The notes beneath the pieces were generated by a model, which was given only the letters and a program-made list of their open reading frames with translations, did not search any database and was not told where the DNA came from. A stretch of 64,000 nucleotides of DNA from the NCBI GenBank assembly GCA_963588325.1, contig CAVAFU010000011.1:22716-86715 (forward strand), written 5' to 3'. Within the stretch, counting starts at the first letter, position 1. Every line of letters begins with the position of its first letter. The translations under genes and the position numbers were made by a program. The stretch comes from Oribacterium sp. (GTDB taxonomy: Bacteria; Bacillota; Bacilli; Lactobacillales; Streptococcaceae). This document shows, piece after piece, positions 41,035 to 55,240 of the stretch.

Positions 41035-43398
41035 ATGGTAAATTATAACAGCAAAGATTATTTACATAAAGTTGATGCGTGGTGGCGTGCAGCTAATTAC
41101 ATTTCAGTTGCGCAGATGTATTTGAAAGATAACCCATTAATGCGTCGTGAAGTGACAAAAGACGATGTCAAAGTCCACCCAATTGGACACTGGGGAACGA
41201 TTGCTGGGCAAAACTTTATCTATGCTCACTTGAATCGTGTGATTAACAAATATGACCTGGATATGTTTTACATTGAAGGACCTGGTCACGGTGGGCAAGT
41301 CATGGTATCAAACTCATACATCGATGGTTCCTATACGGAACGTTACCCACAAATCACGCAAGATGAAGCAGGTCTCAAACAACTTTGTAAAATCTTCTCA
41401 TTCCCAGGTGGGATTGCCTCACATGCTGCGCCAGAAACACCAGGTTCCATTCACGAAGGTGGCGAGCTTGGTTATGCGTTGTCACATGCCACAGGTGCTA
41501 TTCTTGATAATCCTGATGTGATTGCCGCAACGGTTATCGGCGATGGTGAAGCTGAAACAGGTCCGCTTAATGCTGGTTGGTTTTCAAATACCTTTATTAA
41601 CCCCGTGAATGATGGTGCGGTTCTTCCAATTCTTTATCTTAATGGTGGGAAAATCCACAATCCAACAATTCTTGCCCGTAAAACCGATGAGGAATTAACT
41701 CAATTGTTTGAAGGCTTGGGTTGGAAACCTTATTTTGTTGAAGGTAAGGATCCAGAAGTGATTCATGGGCAAATGGCTGACACGCTCGATGCTGTTATTG
41801 AAGAAATCAAAGCCATTCAAACAGAAGCTCGCAAGCACCCTGCAGACGAAGCGACGCAACCAGTTTGGCCTGTGCTTATTGTCCGTATTCCAAAAGGGTG
41901 GACAGGACCAAAAGAATGGAATGGGGAACCGATTGAAGGTGGTTTCCGTGCACACCAAGTGCCAATTCCTGTTGAAGCAGGTCATATGGAATACATTGAC
42001 CATTTGACAAGCTGGTTGAATTCTTATCGTCCAGAAGAACTTTTTGACGAGAAAGGCTATATCAAGGAAGAAATTCGTGCCATTTCACCAAAAGGTGACC
42101 GTCGTATGTCAATGAATCCTATCACAAATGCTGGTATTGTTAAAAAACTAGACCTTACTGACTGGCGCAAACATGCGATTGATACGACAAAGCCTGGTAG
42201 TGTCATGAAACAAGACATGATTGAATTTGGAAATTATGTTGCGGACCTTATTGAGGCAAATCCAGATAATTTCCGTGTCTTTGGTCCTGATGAAACCAAG
42301 TCAAATCGCTTGAACAACATCTTTAAAGTAACCAATCGTCAGTGGCTTGGTCGTCGTGACGACGCCTATGATGAATGGCTTTCACCAGCTGGTCGTGTGA
42401 TTGATTCACAATTATCTGAACACCAAGCCGAAGGTTTCTTGGAAGGTTATGTTTTGACAGGTCGTCATGGTTTCTTTGCGTCATACGAGTCATTCTTGCG
42501 TGTGGTTGATTCTATGATTACCCAACACTTCAAATGGTTACGTAAATCAAAAACACATACAGATTGGCGTAAAAATTACCCATCACTAAACTTGATTGCG
42601 ACATCAACCGTTTTCCAACAAGACCACAATGGCTATACTCACCAAGACCCAGGTCTCTTGACTCACTTGGCAGAAAAGACACCAGAATTTATCCGTGAAT
42701 ATTTGCCAGCTGACTCAAACTCACTCTTTGCGGTCATGGAAAAAGCTTTAGCGGATGAAGACAAGGTTAATGTCCTCGTTACTTCTAAACACCCACGTCC
42801 TCAATTTTATTCTGTTGAGGAAGCCGAAGAATTAGCACGTGAAGGGTATAAGGTGATTGATTGGGCATCAACTGATAATGGTCAGGAGCCTGATGTTGTC
42901 TTTGCGGCAGCTGGTACTGAGCCAAACTTGGAAGTTTTAGCTGGTATTTCCATTCTCCATCAAGCTTTCCCAGATATTAAGATTCGCTTTATCAATGTGG
43001 TGGATATTTTGAAACTTCGCTCACCAAAAGTTGATCCTCGAGGACTTTCTGATGAGGTCTTTAACAAGCTTTTCACTACGGATAAACCTATTATCTTTGG
43101 TTTCCATGGTTATGAAAATATGATTCGTGATTTGTTCTTTAACCGTGCTAATCACAATGTTTATATCCATGGTTACCGTGAAAATGGGGATATCACAACT
43201 CCATTTGATATGCGAGTGTTATCTGAAATGGACCGTTTCCATATCGCAAAAGATGCGGCGCAAGCTGTACTCGGAGCACAAGCGGATGCATTTGCTAAAG
43301 AAATGGATGACAAAGTGGCTTACCATACGGCCTATATCCGTGAAAATGGGGATGATATTCCTGAAGTTCAAAATTGGCAATGGGAAAATATTAACTAA
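41035..43398 (+). CDS. xpkA: Xylulose-5-phosphate phosphoketolase
   Basis: [23 protein letters not shown] motif, [19 protein letters not shown]. Confidence 0.95.
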   Translation: MVNYNSKDYLHKVDAWWRAANYISVAQMYLKDNPLMRREVTKDDVKVHPIGHWGTIAGQNFIYAHLNRVINKYDLDMFYIEGPGHGGQVMVSNSYIDGSYTERYPQITQDEAGLKQLCKIFSFPGGIASHAAPETPGSIHEGGELGYALSHATGAILDNPDVIAATVIGDGEAETGPLNAGWFSNTFINPVNDGAVLPILYLNGGKIHNPTILARKTDEELTQLFEGLGWKPYFVEGKDPEVIHGQMADTLDAVIEEIKAIQTEARKHPADEATQPVWPVLIVRIPKGWTGPKEWNGEPIEGGFRAHQVPIPVEAGHMEYIDHLTSWLNSYRPEELFDEKGYIKEEIRAISPKGDRRMSMNPITNAGIVKKLDLTDWRKHAIDTTKPGSVMKQDMIEFGNYVADLIEANPDNFRVFGPDETKSNRLNNIFKVTNRQWLGRRDDAYDEWLSPAGRVIDSQLSEHQAEGFLEGYVLTGRHGFFASYESFLRVVDSMITQHFKWLRKSKTHTDWRKNYPSLNLIATSTVFQQDHNGYTHQDPGLLTHLAEKTPEFIREYLPADSNSLFAVMEKALADEDKVNVLVTSKHPRPQFYSVEEAEELAREGYKVIDWASTDNGQEPDVVFAAAGTEPNLEVLAGISILHQAFPDIKIRFINVVDILKLRSPKVDPRGLSDEVFNKLFTTDKPIIFGFHGYENMIRDLFFNRANHNVYIHGYRENGDITTPFDMRVLSEMDRFHIAKDAAQAVLGAQADAFAKEMDDKVAYHTAYIRENGDDIPEVQNWQWENIN

Positions 43399-43595
43399 GA
43401 TTTTGAAAAAAGAAAATGCTATCATGAACCACGAGGTGATGATAGTATTTTTTATGATTTTCGACTGTAATAGCTTTTTTGATAAAGGAATAATGTTATG
43501 CGAATATGGAATAAGAACAAAAAAACTTAACATTTGCTAATATTCTTGATGGATTTTTGGTACAATAAAAGTAATTATTGAGAGGAGGTGTCACG

Positions 43596-43908
43596 GTGGC
43601 AAATTCCATTTTAGAAACCATGCAGGGTATTGAAGCTGAAGCCAAAGGTGTTTTGGCGGATTACGATGCTAAAATTCAAGGTTTACGTTCGCAATTTACA
43701 CAAGAATTAGAACGTATCGAAACGGATTGTGACCAGAAAACTCAAATTGACACTGAGAAGCTTTCAGAAGAGCTTACTGAAAAGACGGCGCATTTGAAAG
43801 AAAATTTGACAGCAACTATGGCAAAAAACGATAGTAATGTCAGGTCAGTTTTGATGACTAAAAAAGACGATCTGGTTCAGCAAATTGTGGACAGGGTGGT
43901 AGAAAAAT

Positions 43909-43919
<11 letters not shown>
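43596..43919 (+). CDS. V-type ATPase subunit G/H (NtpF-like)
   Basis: Coiled-coil small ORF first in ntp operon; GAGGAGG RBS before GTG. Confidence 0.75.
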
Positions 43920-46384
<2,465 letters not shown>

Positions 46385-46453
46385 TCAGAGGCAATTTAAT
46401 TACTATTTTCCTAATGTAACGGTTAGGATATTATCTTAGAAAGAGGTGTTCAA

Positions 46454-47038
46454 GTGAGTGACACAAATGCACTAAAACAATCGATTATTGAACAAGCTCA
46501 TCAAGAAGGCAAATTACGTTTGAGTGCTGCTGAAGATAGATTAAAAACAGAATTTGAGGCAGATAAAGCTCGTTTACTACGTGAAAAAGAAGCAGAGCGC
46601 CAAAGTCAACTCAAAGATATTAATCAACGTTTTCAAATTGAAGCTCAACAAATTCACAACCAAGAACGTCAGTCTACTTTGGTGTCTAAGCAAAAAGTCT
46701 TAAAAGAGCTTTTTGCAGCAGCAAAAGATAATATGTTTGCTTGGGCAGTAACTGATGAATTAGCCTTTATCCGTAAGGTCTTGGCAAAATATGCCAACCA
46801 AGCAGTTACGGTTACTTTTGGTCAAGTAACTGCTGAAAAATTGAGTGACAGTGACCTTAAAGCATTGCAAGATGATTTTTCACAAGTTACTTTTGAAAAT
46901 GATACGATTGCTGGTCAAGCTGGTCTTGTCATTTCAATCGGACAGGTGGATGATACTTATTTGTATGCTGACTTGATTGAATCGATTTATAAAGAAGAAA
47001 GCTCACGTATTGCTGCTGATATTTTCAAAGAGAATTAG
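46454..47038 (+). CDS. ntpE: V-type ATPase subunit E
   Basis: Operon position, coiled-coil N-half, AGLVI motif. Confidence 0.85.
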   Translation: MSDTNALKQSIIEQAHQEGKLRLSAAEDRLKTEFEADKARLLREKEAERQSQLKDINQRFQIEAQQIHNQERQSTLVSKQKVLKELFAAAKDNMFAWAVTDELAFIRKVLAKYANQAVTVTFGQVTAEKLSDSDLKALQDDFSQVTFENDTIAGQAGLVISIGQVDDTYLYADLIESIYKEESSRIAADIFKEN

Positions 47039-47050
47039 AGGAGGTATCTG

Positions 47051-48061
47051 ATGGATTCAAATCTCTTTTCTCAAATCAATACGACAATAGCTGTCAAAGA
47101 AAATAGTTTTATCACCGTAGACACGTTTCAAAAAATGCTTCAATCTGCTAATAAGGAAGAGTTAGCCTTGCTCTTGCAAGCAACACCTTACCAACTTTCG
47201 GCAGAAGAATTAGATGATTTAACGGCTATTGATGCGAGTTTGATGCGTGAATTGTCTCGTGAATATCACTGGGCATTCGCCGAAGCGCCTGAAAAAACAA
47301 TCGTAACCATGTTTTCACTACGTTATGTTTACCACAATATCAAGGTGCTTCTCAAAAATAAAGCGACTGGAAAAGATTTATCAGCTTTGCTAATTCCAAT
47401 CGGTGAACAATCTTTGGAAGCTTTACAACATATGGTTTCAGCGTTGAAGTCAGACTTTTTCCCAGAATTTATGGTAGAAGAAATTCGAGATGTCTGGGCA
47501 GAATATGAAGACTACAAAGATGTTCGTGTGCTTGAGATTGGAGCAGATTTGGCTTATTTCAAGCATTTACGTAAAATAGCAGAGCAGTCCGAAGTTGATG
47601 TGTTTAACCAAGCAATTACTTTGATGATTGATTTTTACAATGTTATCACTATCAAACGTGCTTTACGACAAAAGAAACCGCATAGTTTTATGCTTCAACT
47701 TTTGTCAGATGACGGTAGCCTTTCAGCTAGAGAATTTATTGATTTAGTTGAACAAAATGACTTGATATCTTGGTTTAACCAAGTCAATCCAGGAATTTTA
47801 GAGGCTTCGTTGGTAGAATATGAAGACAAAATTCGTCAAGGGACGATTTCGGTCGTAGAGTTAGAATATCTTTACGATTTGATACAGTTTCAATTGCTCG
47901 ACCAAGCTCGCTATGAGGTGCAAGGACCGTTGGTTTTGGCACGTTATTTGCTAGGACGTGAATTTGAAGTGAAAAATCTTCGTTTGCTACTATCAGCTTT
48001 GTGTAATGACATTTCGTTAGATATTGTAAAAGAAAGGATGCGACCAATCTATGGACAATAA
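47051..48061 (+). CDS. ntpC: V-type ATPase subunit C
   Basis: YHNIKVLLK, EVKNLR, ERMRP motifs. Confidence 0.9.
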   Translation: MDSNLFSQINTTIAVKENSFITVDTFQKMLQSANKEELALLLQATPYQLSAEELDDLTAIDASLMRELSREYHWAFAEAPEKTIVTMFSLRYVYHNIKVLLKNKATGKDLSALLIPIGEQSLEALQHMVSALKSDFFPEFMVEEIRDVWAEYEDYKDVRVLEIGADLAYFKHLRKIAEQSEVDVFNQAITLMIDFYNVITIKRALRQKKPHSFMLQLLSDDGSLSAREFIDLVEQNDLISWFNQVNPGILEASLVEYEDKIRQGTISVVELEYLYDLIQFQLLDQARYEVQGPLVLARYLLGREFEVKNLRLLLSALCNDISLDIVKERMRPIYGQ

Positions 48062-48371
48062 AAAATACAAAATTGGCGTTGTAGGTAATCGTGATGCCAT
48101 CTTGCCATTTCGTATGATTGGTTTTAATACTTTCCCAGTCAATCATCCACAAGAAGCTACCAATACTCTACGTCAATTAGCAATGAATGATTACGGTATT
48201 ATTTATCTGACAGAAGATATTGCAGCTGAAATTCCAGATACTATTGCTTACTATGATACACAAGTGACACCAGCCGTTATCCTTATTCCAACCCATAAAG
48301 GGTCAACGGGGCTCGGCTTACAACGTGTCCAAGACAATGTCGAAAAAGCAGTCGGACAGAATATTTTGTAA
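48051..48371 (+). CDS. ntpG: V-type ATPase subunit F
   Basis: KIGVVG..F..IG, VEKAVGQNIL. Confidence 0.9.
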   Translation: MDNKKYKIGVVGNRDAILPFRMIGFNTFPVNHPQEATNTLRQLAMNDYGIIYLTEDIAAEIPDTIAYYDTQVTPAVILIPTHKGSTGLGLQRVQDNVEKAVGQNIL

Positions 48372-48410
48372 CCGACCAAGCATTACTGATACTAAAGTAT
48401 CTAGTAATGC

Positions 48411-48963
48411 TACGCCAACTGCTATGGCAGTTGCCTAGTTCGCTTACTAGGATTTTTAGGGCTTATTATCGAATCCCGAAAAATCCGTCGTAACAGTTTA
48501 GTTATAGAATAAGATGTTTAGTGCTGTCACGCTTAGCGTTATATCGCCAATCTAAGCCCCTTACTAGCTCATAGTTAGTAACGAGTGTTGTAACAATCTG
48601 TTTATCTAGTGGGTGTGATGGTTGGTAGTAAGTGTGGCTGCTATGGCAGTTGCCTAGTTCGCTTACTAGGATTTTTAGGGCTTATTATCGAACCCCAAAA
48701 AATCCGTCGTAACAGTTTAGTTATAGGCTAAAGTGTTTAGTGCTGTCACGCTTGGCGTTATATCGCCAACCTAAGCCCCTCACTAGCTCGTCGGAAAGTT
48801 AAATAACGAACTTTCCTTCTCGCGTCGTAACAATCTGTTTATCTAGTGGGTGTGATGGTTGGTAGTAAGTGTGGCTGCTATGGCAGTTGTCTAGTTCGCT
48901 TACTAGGATTTTTAGGGCTTATCATCGAATCCCAAAAAATCCGTCGTAACAGTCTGTTTATCT
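48411..48963. repeat. Five-unit modular hairpin repeat array (A-B-A-B'-A) within the ntp operon
   Basis: A units at 48419/48638/48875; all five units share C(G/C)CTYACTAG (48441, 48558, 48660, 48777, 48897) and GTYGTAACA (48487, 48587, 48706, 48824, 48943). Confidence 0.92.
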
Positions 48964-49107
48964 GACGTAGTATGTGGCTGTAATGCTCGATGTCAATTAG
49001 CGATGACTAAATCATTTTAAATAAATTATGATATTGATTTCTCAGGTATTGTGTTTAAGAAGATGAGAAACACTAGAGAAGTTTTATCTTAATCAGGAGG
49101 AAAAATC

Positions 49108-50883
49108 TTGAGCCAAGGAAAAATTATAAAAGTTTCAGGACCACTAGTTGTGGCTTCTGGGATGCAAGAGGCAAATATTCAGGATATTTGTCGTGTTGGG
49201 AACTTGGGCTTAATCGGTGAAATTATTGAAATGCGCCGTGACCAAGCTTCCATCCAAGTTTATGAAGAAACGTCAGGACTTGGTCCTGGTGAACCTGTTG
49301 TAACAACAGGAAGTCCATTATCTGTTGAATTAGGACCAGGGTTGATTTCTCAAATGTTTGATGGGATTCAACGTCCTCTTGACCGTTTTAAAACAACAAC
49401 TAACAGCGATTTCTTGATTCGTGGGGTTGAGCTTCCTAGTCTTGACCGTGAAGCTAAATGGAATTTTGTCCCTCGTTTAGAAGTCGGTGCGGAAGTTAGC
49501 ACAGGGGATATTTTAGGAACTGTTCAAGAAACTGTCGTTGTGGAACACCGTATTATGGTGCCAAATAACGTGGCAGGGAAATTGATTTCAATCACAGCTG
49601 GCGAATTCACCGTTGAAGATACAGTCTATGAAATCGAACAAGCAGATGGTTCTATTTTTAAAGGAACACTTTTGCAAAAATGGCCTGTTCGTAAAGGACG
49701 TCCAGTTGCACAACGTTTGATTCCAGAAGAACCATTGGTAACAGGGCAACGTGTTATTGATACGTTCTTCCCTGTAACAAAAGGTGGTGCGGCTGCCGTA
49801 CCAGGACCATTTGGTGCTGGTAAAACAGTTGTTCAACACCAAATCGCCAAATTTGCGAATGTGGATATCGTTATCTACGTTGGTTGTGGGGAACGTGGTA
49901 ATGAAATGACTGACGTTCTAAATGAATTCCCAGAATTGATTGACCCAAATACTGGTCAGTCTATCATGCAACGTACAGTCTTGATTGCCAATACGTCAAA
50001 TATGCCCGTGGCTGCGCGTGAAGCCTCTATTTACACAGGTATCACAATTGCTGAATACTTCCGAGATATGGGCTATTCTGTTGCTATTATGGCGGATTCA
50101 ACATCTCGTTGGGCAGAAGCTCTTCGTGAAATGTCAGGACGTTTGGAAGAAATGCCAGGTGATGAAGGTTACCCAGCTTACCTAGGTTCTCGTATTGCTG
50201 AATACTATGAACGTGCTGGTCGTGCCCGTGTACTTGGTCAAGAAGGACGCGAAGGAACAATCACCGCCATTGGTGCCGTATCGCCTCCAGGAGGAGATAT
50301 TTCAGAACCAGTTACGCAAAATACCTTGCGTATTGTTAAAGTGTTCTGGGGCTTGGATGCACCACTTGCACAACGTCGTCACTTCCCAGCAATCAACTGG
50401 TTGAGTTCTTATTCACTTTACAAAGACGAAGTTGGAAAATACGTTGATAAAGTCCAAAAAACAAATTGGGCAGCCAAAGTGACGCAAGCAATGAATATCT
50501 TACAACGTGAATCTAGTTTGGAAGAAATTGTTCGTTTGGTTGGTCTTGATTCCCTTTCTGAAACAGACCGCTTGACAATGGAAATTGCCAAACAAATCCG
50601 TGAAGATTACTTGCAACAAAATGCCTTTGACCCAGTTGATACCTTCACTTCATTTGCCAAACAAGAAGCTATGCTTAACAACATTCTTAATTTTGCAGAC
50701 GAAGCTAAAAAAGCTCTTGAATTAGGAGCGTACTTCACTGAAATCATGGCTGGAACTGTTGAAGTCCGTGACCGTATGGCACGTAGTAAATACATTTCAG
50801 AAGATAATCTTGATCAAATCAAGGCTTTATCAGCGCAAGCACAAGAAGCCATTCATCAAGTGTTAGCAAAAGGAGGTATCTAA
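49108..50883 (+). CDS. ntpA: V-type ATPase subunit A
   Basis: [29 protein letters not shown]. Confidence 0.97.
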   Translation: MSQGKIIKVSGPLVVASGMQEANIQDICRVGNLGLIGEIIEMRRDQASIQVYEETSGLGPGEPVVTTGSPLSVELGPGLISQMFDGIQRPLDRFKTTTNSDFLIRGVELPSLDREAKWNFVPRLEVGAEVSTGDILGTVQETVVVEHRIMVPNNVAGKLISITAGEFTVEDTVYEIEQADGSIFKGTLLQKWPVRKGRPVAQRLIPEEPLVTGQRVIDTFFPVTKGGAAAVPGPFGAGKTVVQHQIAKFANVDIVIYVGCGERGNEMTDVLNEFPELIDPNTGQSIMQRTVLIANTSNMPVAAREASIYTGITIAEYFRDMGYSVAIMADSTSRWAEALREMSGRLEEMPGDEGYPAYLGSRIAEYYERAGRARVLGQEGREGTITAIGAVSPPGGDISEPVTQNTLRIVKVFWGLDAPLAQRRHFPAINWLSSYSLYKDEVGKYVDKVQKTNWAAKVTQAMNILQRESSLEEIVRLVGLDSLSETDRLTMEIAKQIREDYLQQNAFDPVDTFTSFAKQEAMLNNILNFADEAKKALELGAYFTEIMAGTVEVRDRMARSKYISEDNLDQIKALSAQAQEAIHQVLAKGGI

Positions 50884-50884
50884 G

Positions 50885-52279
50885 ATGAGTGTTCTTAAAG
50901 AATATCGAACAGTCAGAGAAGTTGTTGGACCTCTGATGATTGTTGACCAAGTCTCTGGCGTTCATTATAACGAATTGGTCGAAATCAAGCTTCATAATGG
51001 TGAAGTTCGTCAAGGTCAAGTTCTTGAAGTGCAAGAAGATAAAGCCATGGTCCAATTATTTGAAGGCTCTAGCGGTATCAATCTTGAAAAAGCTAAAGTT
51101 CGCTTTACAGGGCACCCATTGGAATTGCCTGTATCAGAAGATATGGTTGGACGTATTTTCAATGGTATGGGTAAACCTATCGATGGTGGACCAGAGTTAA
51201 TTCCAGAAAAATATTTGGATATTGACGGTCAAGCAATTAATCCCGTGGCGCGTGATTATCCCGATGAATTTATCCAAACAGGGATTTCAGCGATTGACCA
51301 TTTGAATACTTTGGTTCGTGGGCAAAAATTGCCAGTATTCTCTGGTTCAGGTCTTCCTCACAATGAATTGGCAGCACAAATTGCCCGCCAAGCAACAGTA
51401 TTAAACTCTGATGAAAACTTTGCGGTTGTCTTTGCAGCTATGGGGATTACCTTTGAAGAAGCAGAATTCTTCATGAACGATTTGCGTCAAACAGGTGCCA
51501 TTGACCGTTCAGTTCTCTTTATCAATTTAGCCAACGACCCTGCTATTGAACGTATTGCCACACCACGTATTGCCTTGACAACGGCTGAATACTTGGCTTA
51601 TGAAAAAGACATGCACGTGTTGGTTATCATGACAGACATGACAAACTACTGTGAAGCGCTTCGTGAAGTGTCGGCTGCACGTCGTGAAGTTCCTGGACGT
51701 CGTGGTTATCCTGGTTACCTTTACACAAACTTATCAACACTTTATGAACGTGCAGGACGTTTGGTTGGTAAAAAAGGCTCTGTTACCCAAATTCCTATTT
51801 TAACGATGCCAGAAGATGACATCACTCACCCAATCCCTGACTTGACTGGTTATATCACTGAAGGACAAATTATTTTGTCACATGAACTCTATAACTCTGG
51901 CTATCGTCCACCGATTAACGTATTGCCATCATTGTCACGTCTTAAAGATAAAGGGTCTGGTGAAGGAAAAACACGTGGTGACCATGCCGCAACAATGAAC
52001 CAACTTTTCGCTGCTTATGCCCAAGGTAAACAAGCTGCAGAATTGGCAGTAGTTTTGGGAGAATCAGCCTTGTCTGAAACCGACAAACTCTATGTAGAAT
52101 TCACCAAACGTTTTGAAGAAGAATACATCAACCAAGGCTTCCGAACAAATCGTAGCATCGAAGAAACTCTTGATTTAGGTTGGGAATTGTTATCAATCCT
52201 ACCACGTACTGAACTCAAACGTATCAAGGATGATATGCTTGACCAATACCTCCCTCAAACAAAAACAGACGAAGACTGA
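50885..52279 (+). CDS. ntpB: V-type ATPase subunit B
   Basis: [27 protein letters not shown]. Confidence 0.97.
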   Translation: MSVLKEYRTVREVVGPLMIVDQVSGVHYNELVEIKLHNGEVRQGQVLEVQEDKAMVQLFEGSSGINLEKAKVRFTGHPLELPVSEDMVGRIFNGMGKPIDGGPELIPEKYLDIDGQAINPVARDYPDEFIQTGISAIDHLNTLVRGQKLPVFSGSGLPHNELAAQIARQATVLNSDENFAVVFAAMGITFEEAEFFMNDLRQTGAIDRSVLFINLANDPAIERIATPRIALTTAEYLAYEKDMHVLVIMTDMTNYCEALREVSAARREVPGRRGYPGYLYTNLSTLYERAGRLVGKKGSVTQIPILTMPEDDITHPIPDLTGYITEGQIILSHELYNSGYRPPINVLPSLSRLKDKGSGEGKTRGDHAATMNQLFAAYAQGKQAAELAVVLGESALSETDKLYVEFTKRFEEEYINQGFRTNRSIEETLDLGWELLSILPRTELKRIKDDMLDQYLPQTKTDED

Positions 52280-52343
52280 TTAACTATCAATTAAACGGGG
52301 GATTCTTTTAAACCATCCCTTTGTATCTTGAGATAAGGAGGTA

Positions 52344-52973
52344 ATGTCTATGGCACGATTAAATGTCAAGCCAACTCGAATGGAATTGAGCAACCTCAAA
52401 GAGCGTTTAAAAACAGCAACTCGTGGGCACAAATTACTAAAAGATAAACGAGACGAGCTAATGCGACGTTTTGTTGACCGTATTCGTGAAAATAACGATT
52501 TACGTAAAGAAGTAGAAGCAGCTCTGGTTGGTCATATGCAAGATTTTGTCATGGCGAAATCTCTTGAAAATACCCTTATGGTAGAAGAAATGTTTTCTGT
52601 TCCAACTAAAGAAGTTCAATTATTCATTGAAACAGAAAATGTCATGAGTGTGAACGTGCCCAAAATGCACAGCCACATTGAAAATCCATACGGAGATGAT
52701 AACGGTGATGTTGTTTATAGTTACCTAGCCTCTAATAGTGAAATGGATGATACCCTAGCCGCTATTGAAGGATTGACTGAAAAATTACTTCGCTTAGCTG
52801 AAATCGAAAAATCTTGTCAGTTAATGGCTGATGAAATCGAAAAAACACGCCGCCGTGTCAATGGTCTTGAATACTCAACCATTCCACAACTTGAAGAAAC
52901 GATTCATTATATCGAACTCAAACTCGAAGAAACCGAGCGTGCAAACTTAGTCCGAATGATGAAAGTAAAATAA
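52344..52973 (+). CDS. ntpD: V-type ATPase subunit D
   Basis: [24 protein letters not shown]. Confidence 0.95.
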   Translation: MSMARLNVKPTRMELSNLKERLKTATRGHKLLKDKRDELMRRFVDRIRENNDLRKEVEAALVGHMQDFVMAKSLENTLMVEEMFSVPTKEVQLFIETENVMSVNVPKMHSHIENPYGDDNGDVVYSYLASNSEMDDTLAAIEGLTEKLLRLAEIEKSCQLMADEIEKTRRRVNGLEYSTIPQLEETIHYIELKLEETERANLVRMMKVK

Positions 52974-52975
52974 CA

Positions 52976-53000
52976 CAAAAAGCGTCTTTTGACGCTTTTT
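52976..53000 (+). terminator. Terminator of ntp operon
   Basis: AAAAAGCGTC-TTTT-GACGCTTTTT. Confidence 0.8.
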
Positions 53001-53108
53001 ATTTTGCTATTATGAATTTGTTGATGATGTCCAAAAAGCCCTAAATAAAAAATAACTAAGAAAAAATTTTCATATTTGAGAATATCTGGAAATGTTTAAA
53101 AAAAGTAG

Positions 53109-53134
53109 TATAATAAGTAGTGTAAGCGTTTTTA
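53109..53134 (+). promoter_or_regulatory. -10 and cre site of microprotein gene 1
   Basis: TATAAT then TGTAAGCGTTTTTA. Confidence 0.65.
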
Positions 53135-53166
53135 GGATTTGAACATCATATATTTGGGAGGTTGCG

Positions 53167-53346
53167 ATGTTTAAAAAAATTAGTAAATGTATCTGGATAA
53201 TTGACTTGTTACTTGTTATTTTGTTACTAGTAGACAGAACGGTTAAAAGCATGTTAGTCATAGCGGCAATTACGTTCATCATCTCTGCCATCTTGCAATT
53301 GATGATGTCATATAAAAATGCAAAAATCACAACACATTTGCGATGA
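53167..53346 (+). CDS. 59-aa two-TM membrane microprotein, paralog 1 (not in ORF track)
   Basis: GGGAGG RBS; MFKKISKCIWIIDLLLVILLLVDRTVKSMLVIAAITFIISAILQLMMSYKNAKITTHLR; terminator 53377-53402; paralog at 58220. Confidence 0.8.
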   Translation: MFKKISKCIWIIDLLLVILLLVDRTVKSMLVIAAITFIISAILQLMMSYKNAKITTHLR

Positions 53347-53418
53347 AATGGAAGTTACATCTAAAAAATAAATAGGAAAGCCTAGTAATACTAGGCTTTT
53401 TTGATGTTTAAATTTTTT

Positions 53419-53434
53419 CTTACAATTCTGTAAG
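53419..53434. promoter_or_regulatory. BceR/GraR-type inverted repeat upstream of dlt
   Basis: CTTACA-attc-TGTAAG. Confidence 0.55.
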
Positions 53435-53563
53435 CGCTGATGGCTAAAAAATCGTTAAACTGAACTTTAGAGAAATTGCCACACTTTTGCCTTAGTTTTG
53501 CGTTAATTTGCCCAAGATTTCTCAGATAAATTTGATTATACTGATTAAGATGAGGAACGAGAA

Positions 53564-53686
53564 ATGAAAGAAATTAGTCAATTTATATTAAAAACCTTAC
53601 TTTATGTGCTGATTTTCTTAGCTTTAATCTATTTTTTCAGTTATCTTGGTCGTGGTCAGGGTAACTTCATCTACAATGAATTTTAG
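53564..53686 (+). CDS. dltX: Teichoic acid D-alanylation protein DltX (not in ORF track)
   Basis: KTLLY..LIYFFSYLG..FIYNEF signature; 40 aa. Confidence 0.92.
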   Translation: MKEISQFILKTLLYVLIFLALIYFFSYLGRGQGNFIYNEF

Positions 53687-53701
53687 AAAGGTAAGTTTTC
53701 C

Positions 53702-55240
53702 ATGTTACATGATATGATTGAGAGAATTGAGCATTTTGCGCAGGTTCAGGGAGATTTTCCAGTTTATGATATTCTGGGAGATGTTCACACTTATAGTGAT
53801 TTAAAAGCAGATTCAGATGCTTTGGCAACTTATATAGATTTTTTGAAGTTGGAAGAAAAATCACCAGTCATGGTATTTGGTGGGCAAGAATATGAGATGT
53901 TAGCCAGCTTTGTGGCACTGACTAAGTCAGGGCATGCTTATATTCCTGTTGATCAACATTCAGCTCTCGAAAGAATCGAAGCCATTTTAGAAATAGCAGA
54001 GCCGAGTTTGATTATTGCTGTTGGTGACTTTCCATTGGAAATCAGCCATATTCCCGTTATCAAATCCGCAGAACTTAAAACTATTTTTGCTCAGAAATCA
54101 GATTATCAATTGACGCATTCTGTCAAAGGAGATGATAATTATTACATTATTTTCACATCTGGGACGACAGGTCAGCCAAAAGGCGTGCAGATTTCGCATG
54201 ATAATCTTCTCAGTTTTACTAATTGGATGATTGAAGCGGAAGCTTTTTCAGTCCCTGAAAAACCGCAGATGTTAGCACAGCCGCCGTATTCGTTTGATTT
54301 GTCTGTTATGTATTGGGCACCCACATTAGCTTTGGGTGGAACTTTATTTGCTCTGCCAAAAGAGCTGACGACAGATTTTCCACGTCTTTTTGCAACGATT
54401 AATCAATTGCCAATTGGTGTTTGGACATCAACACCGTCTTTTGTTGATATGGCAATGTTGTCAAATGACTTCAATGAAAAAACATTACCGAATTTAACAC
54501 ATTTTTATTTTGATGGTGAAGAATTGACCGTTAAAACGGCTCAGAAATTACGTCATCGTTTTCCAAAAGCTCGTATTGTCAATGCTTATGGTCCAACGGA
54601 AGCAACCGTCGCTTTATCAGCTGTCGCCATTACAGATGAAATGTTGTCAACTTGTAAACGACTACCGATTGGTTACACCAAAGCAGATTCACCAACTTTT
54701 GTGATTGATGAAAATGGACAAGCTTTGCCAAATGGAGAGCAAGGTGAAATCATCGTGTCTGGACCTGCTGTTTCAAAAGGATATTTGAACAATCCAGAAC
54801 GCACGCAAGCAGCTTTCTTTGAATACAATGGACTTCCTGCTTACCATACAGGGGATTTAGGTGTTATGACTGACCAAGGGTTATTGCTTTATGGTGGACG
54901 CATGGATTTTCAAATTAAATTTAATGGCTACCGCATTGAATTGGAAGAAGTTTCCCAAAATCTTAACAAATCAACTTATATCAAATCAGCCGTAGCTGTC
55001 CCTCGCTATAACAAAGACCACAAAGTGCAGAATTTATTAGCCTATGTGGTGCTGAAAGAAGGCGTGGCAGATAAATTTGACCGCCAATTGGATATAACTA
55101 AGGCTATCAAGGAAGACTTGAAAGATATTATGATGGACTATATGATGCCGTCAAAATTCCTTTATCGTGATAGTTTGCCATTAACACCAAATGGAAAAAT
55201 TGATATCAAAGGATTGATGAATGAGGTAAATAACCGATGA
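53702..55240 (+). CDS. dltA: D-alanine--D-alanyl carrier protein ligase
   Basis: [26 protein letters not shown]. Confidence 0.96.
   Translation: MLHDMIERIEHFAQVQGDFPVYDILGDVHTYSDLKADSDALATYIDFLKLEEKSPVMVFGGQEYEMLASFVALTKSGHAYIPVDQHSALERIEAILEIAEPSLIIAVGDFPLEISHIPVIKSAELKTIFAQKSDYQLTHSVKGDDNYYIIFTSGTTGQPKGVQISHDNLLSFTNWMIEAEAFSVPEKPQMLAQPPYSFDLSVMYWAPTLALGGTLFALPKELTTDFPRLFATINQLPIGVWTSTPSFVDMAMLSNDFNEKTLPNLTHFYFDGEELTVKTAQKLRHRFPKARIVNAYGPTEATVALSAVAITDEMLSTCKRLPIGYTKADSPTFVIDENGQALPNGEQGEIIVSGPAVSKGYLNNPERTQAAFFEYNGLPAYHTGDLGVMTDQGLLLYGGRMDFQIKFNGYRIELEEVSQNLNKSTYIKSAVAVPRYNKDHKVQNLLAYVVLKEGVADKFDRQLDITKAIKEDLKDIMMDYMMPSKFLYRDSLPLTPNGKIDIKGLMNEVNNR

Noticed and set aside
36530..43480. Target-site duplication or IS ends around the xylose island
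   Set aside because: No convincing flanking direct or inverted repeats and no transposase seen
43499..43506. ComX (cin) box TGCGAATA before the ntp operon
   Set aside because: Lacks the adjacent upstream T-rich tract, and a normal TG-TACAAT -10 lies downstream
48411..48963. CRISPR array
   Set aside because: No 23-50 bp constant repeat with unique spacers; the intervening segments themselves repeat and fold; no cas genes
53070..53330. Minus-strand ORFs 53070-53330 and 58129-58326 from the track
   Set aside because: Antisense shadows of the plus-strand microprotein genes, which carry the RBS, promoter and cre
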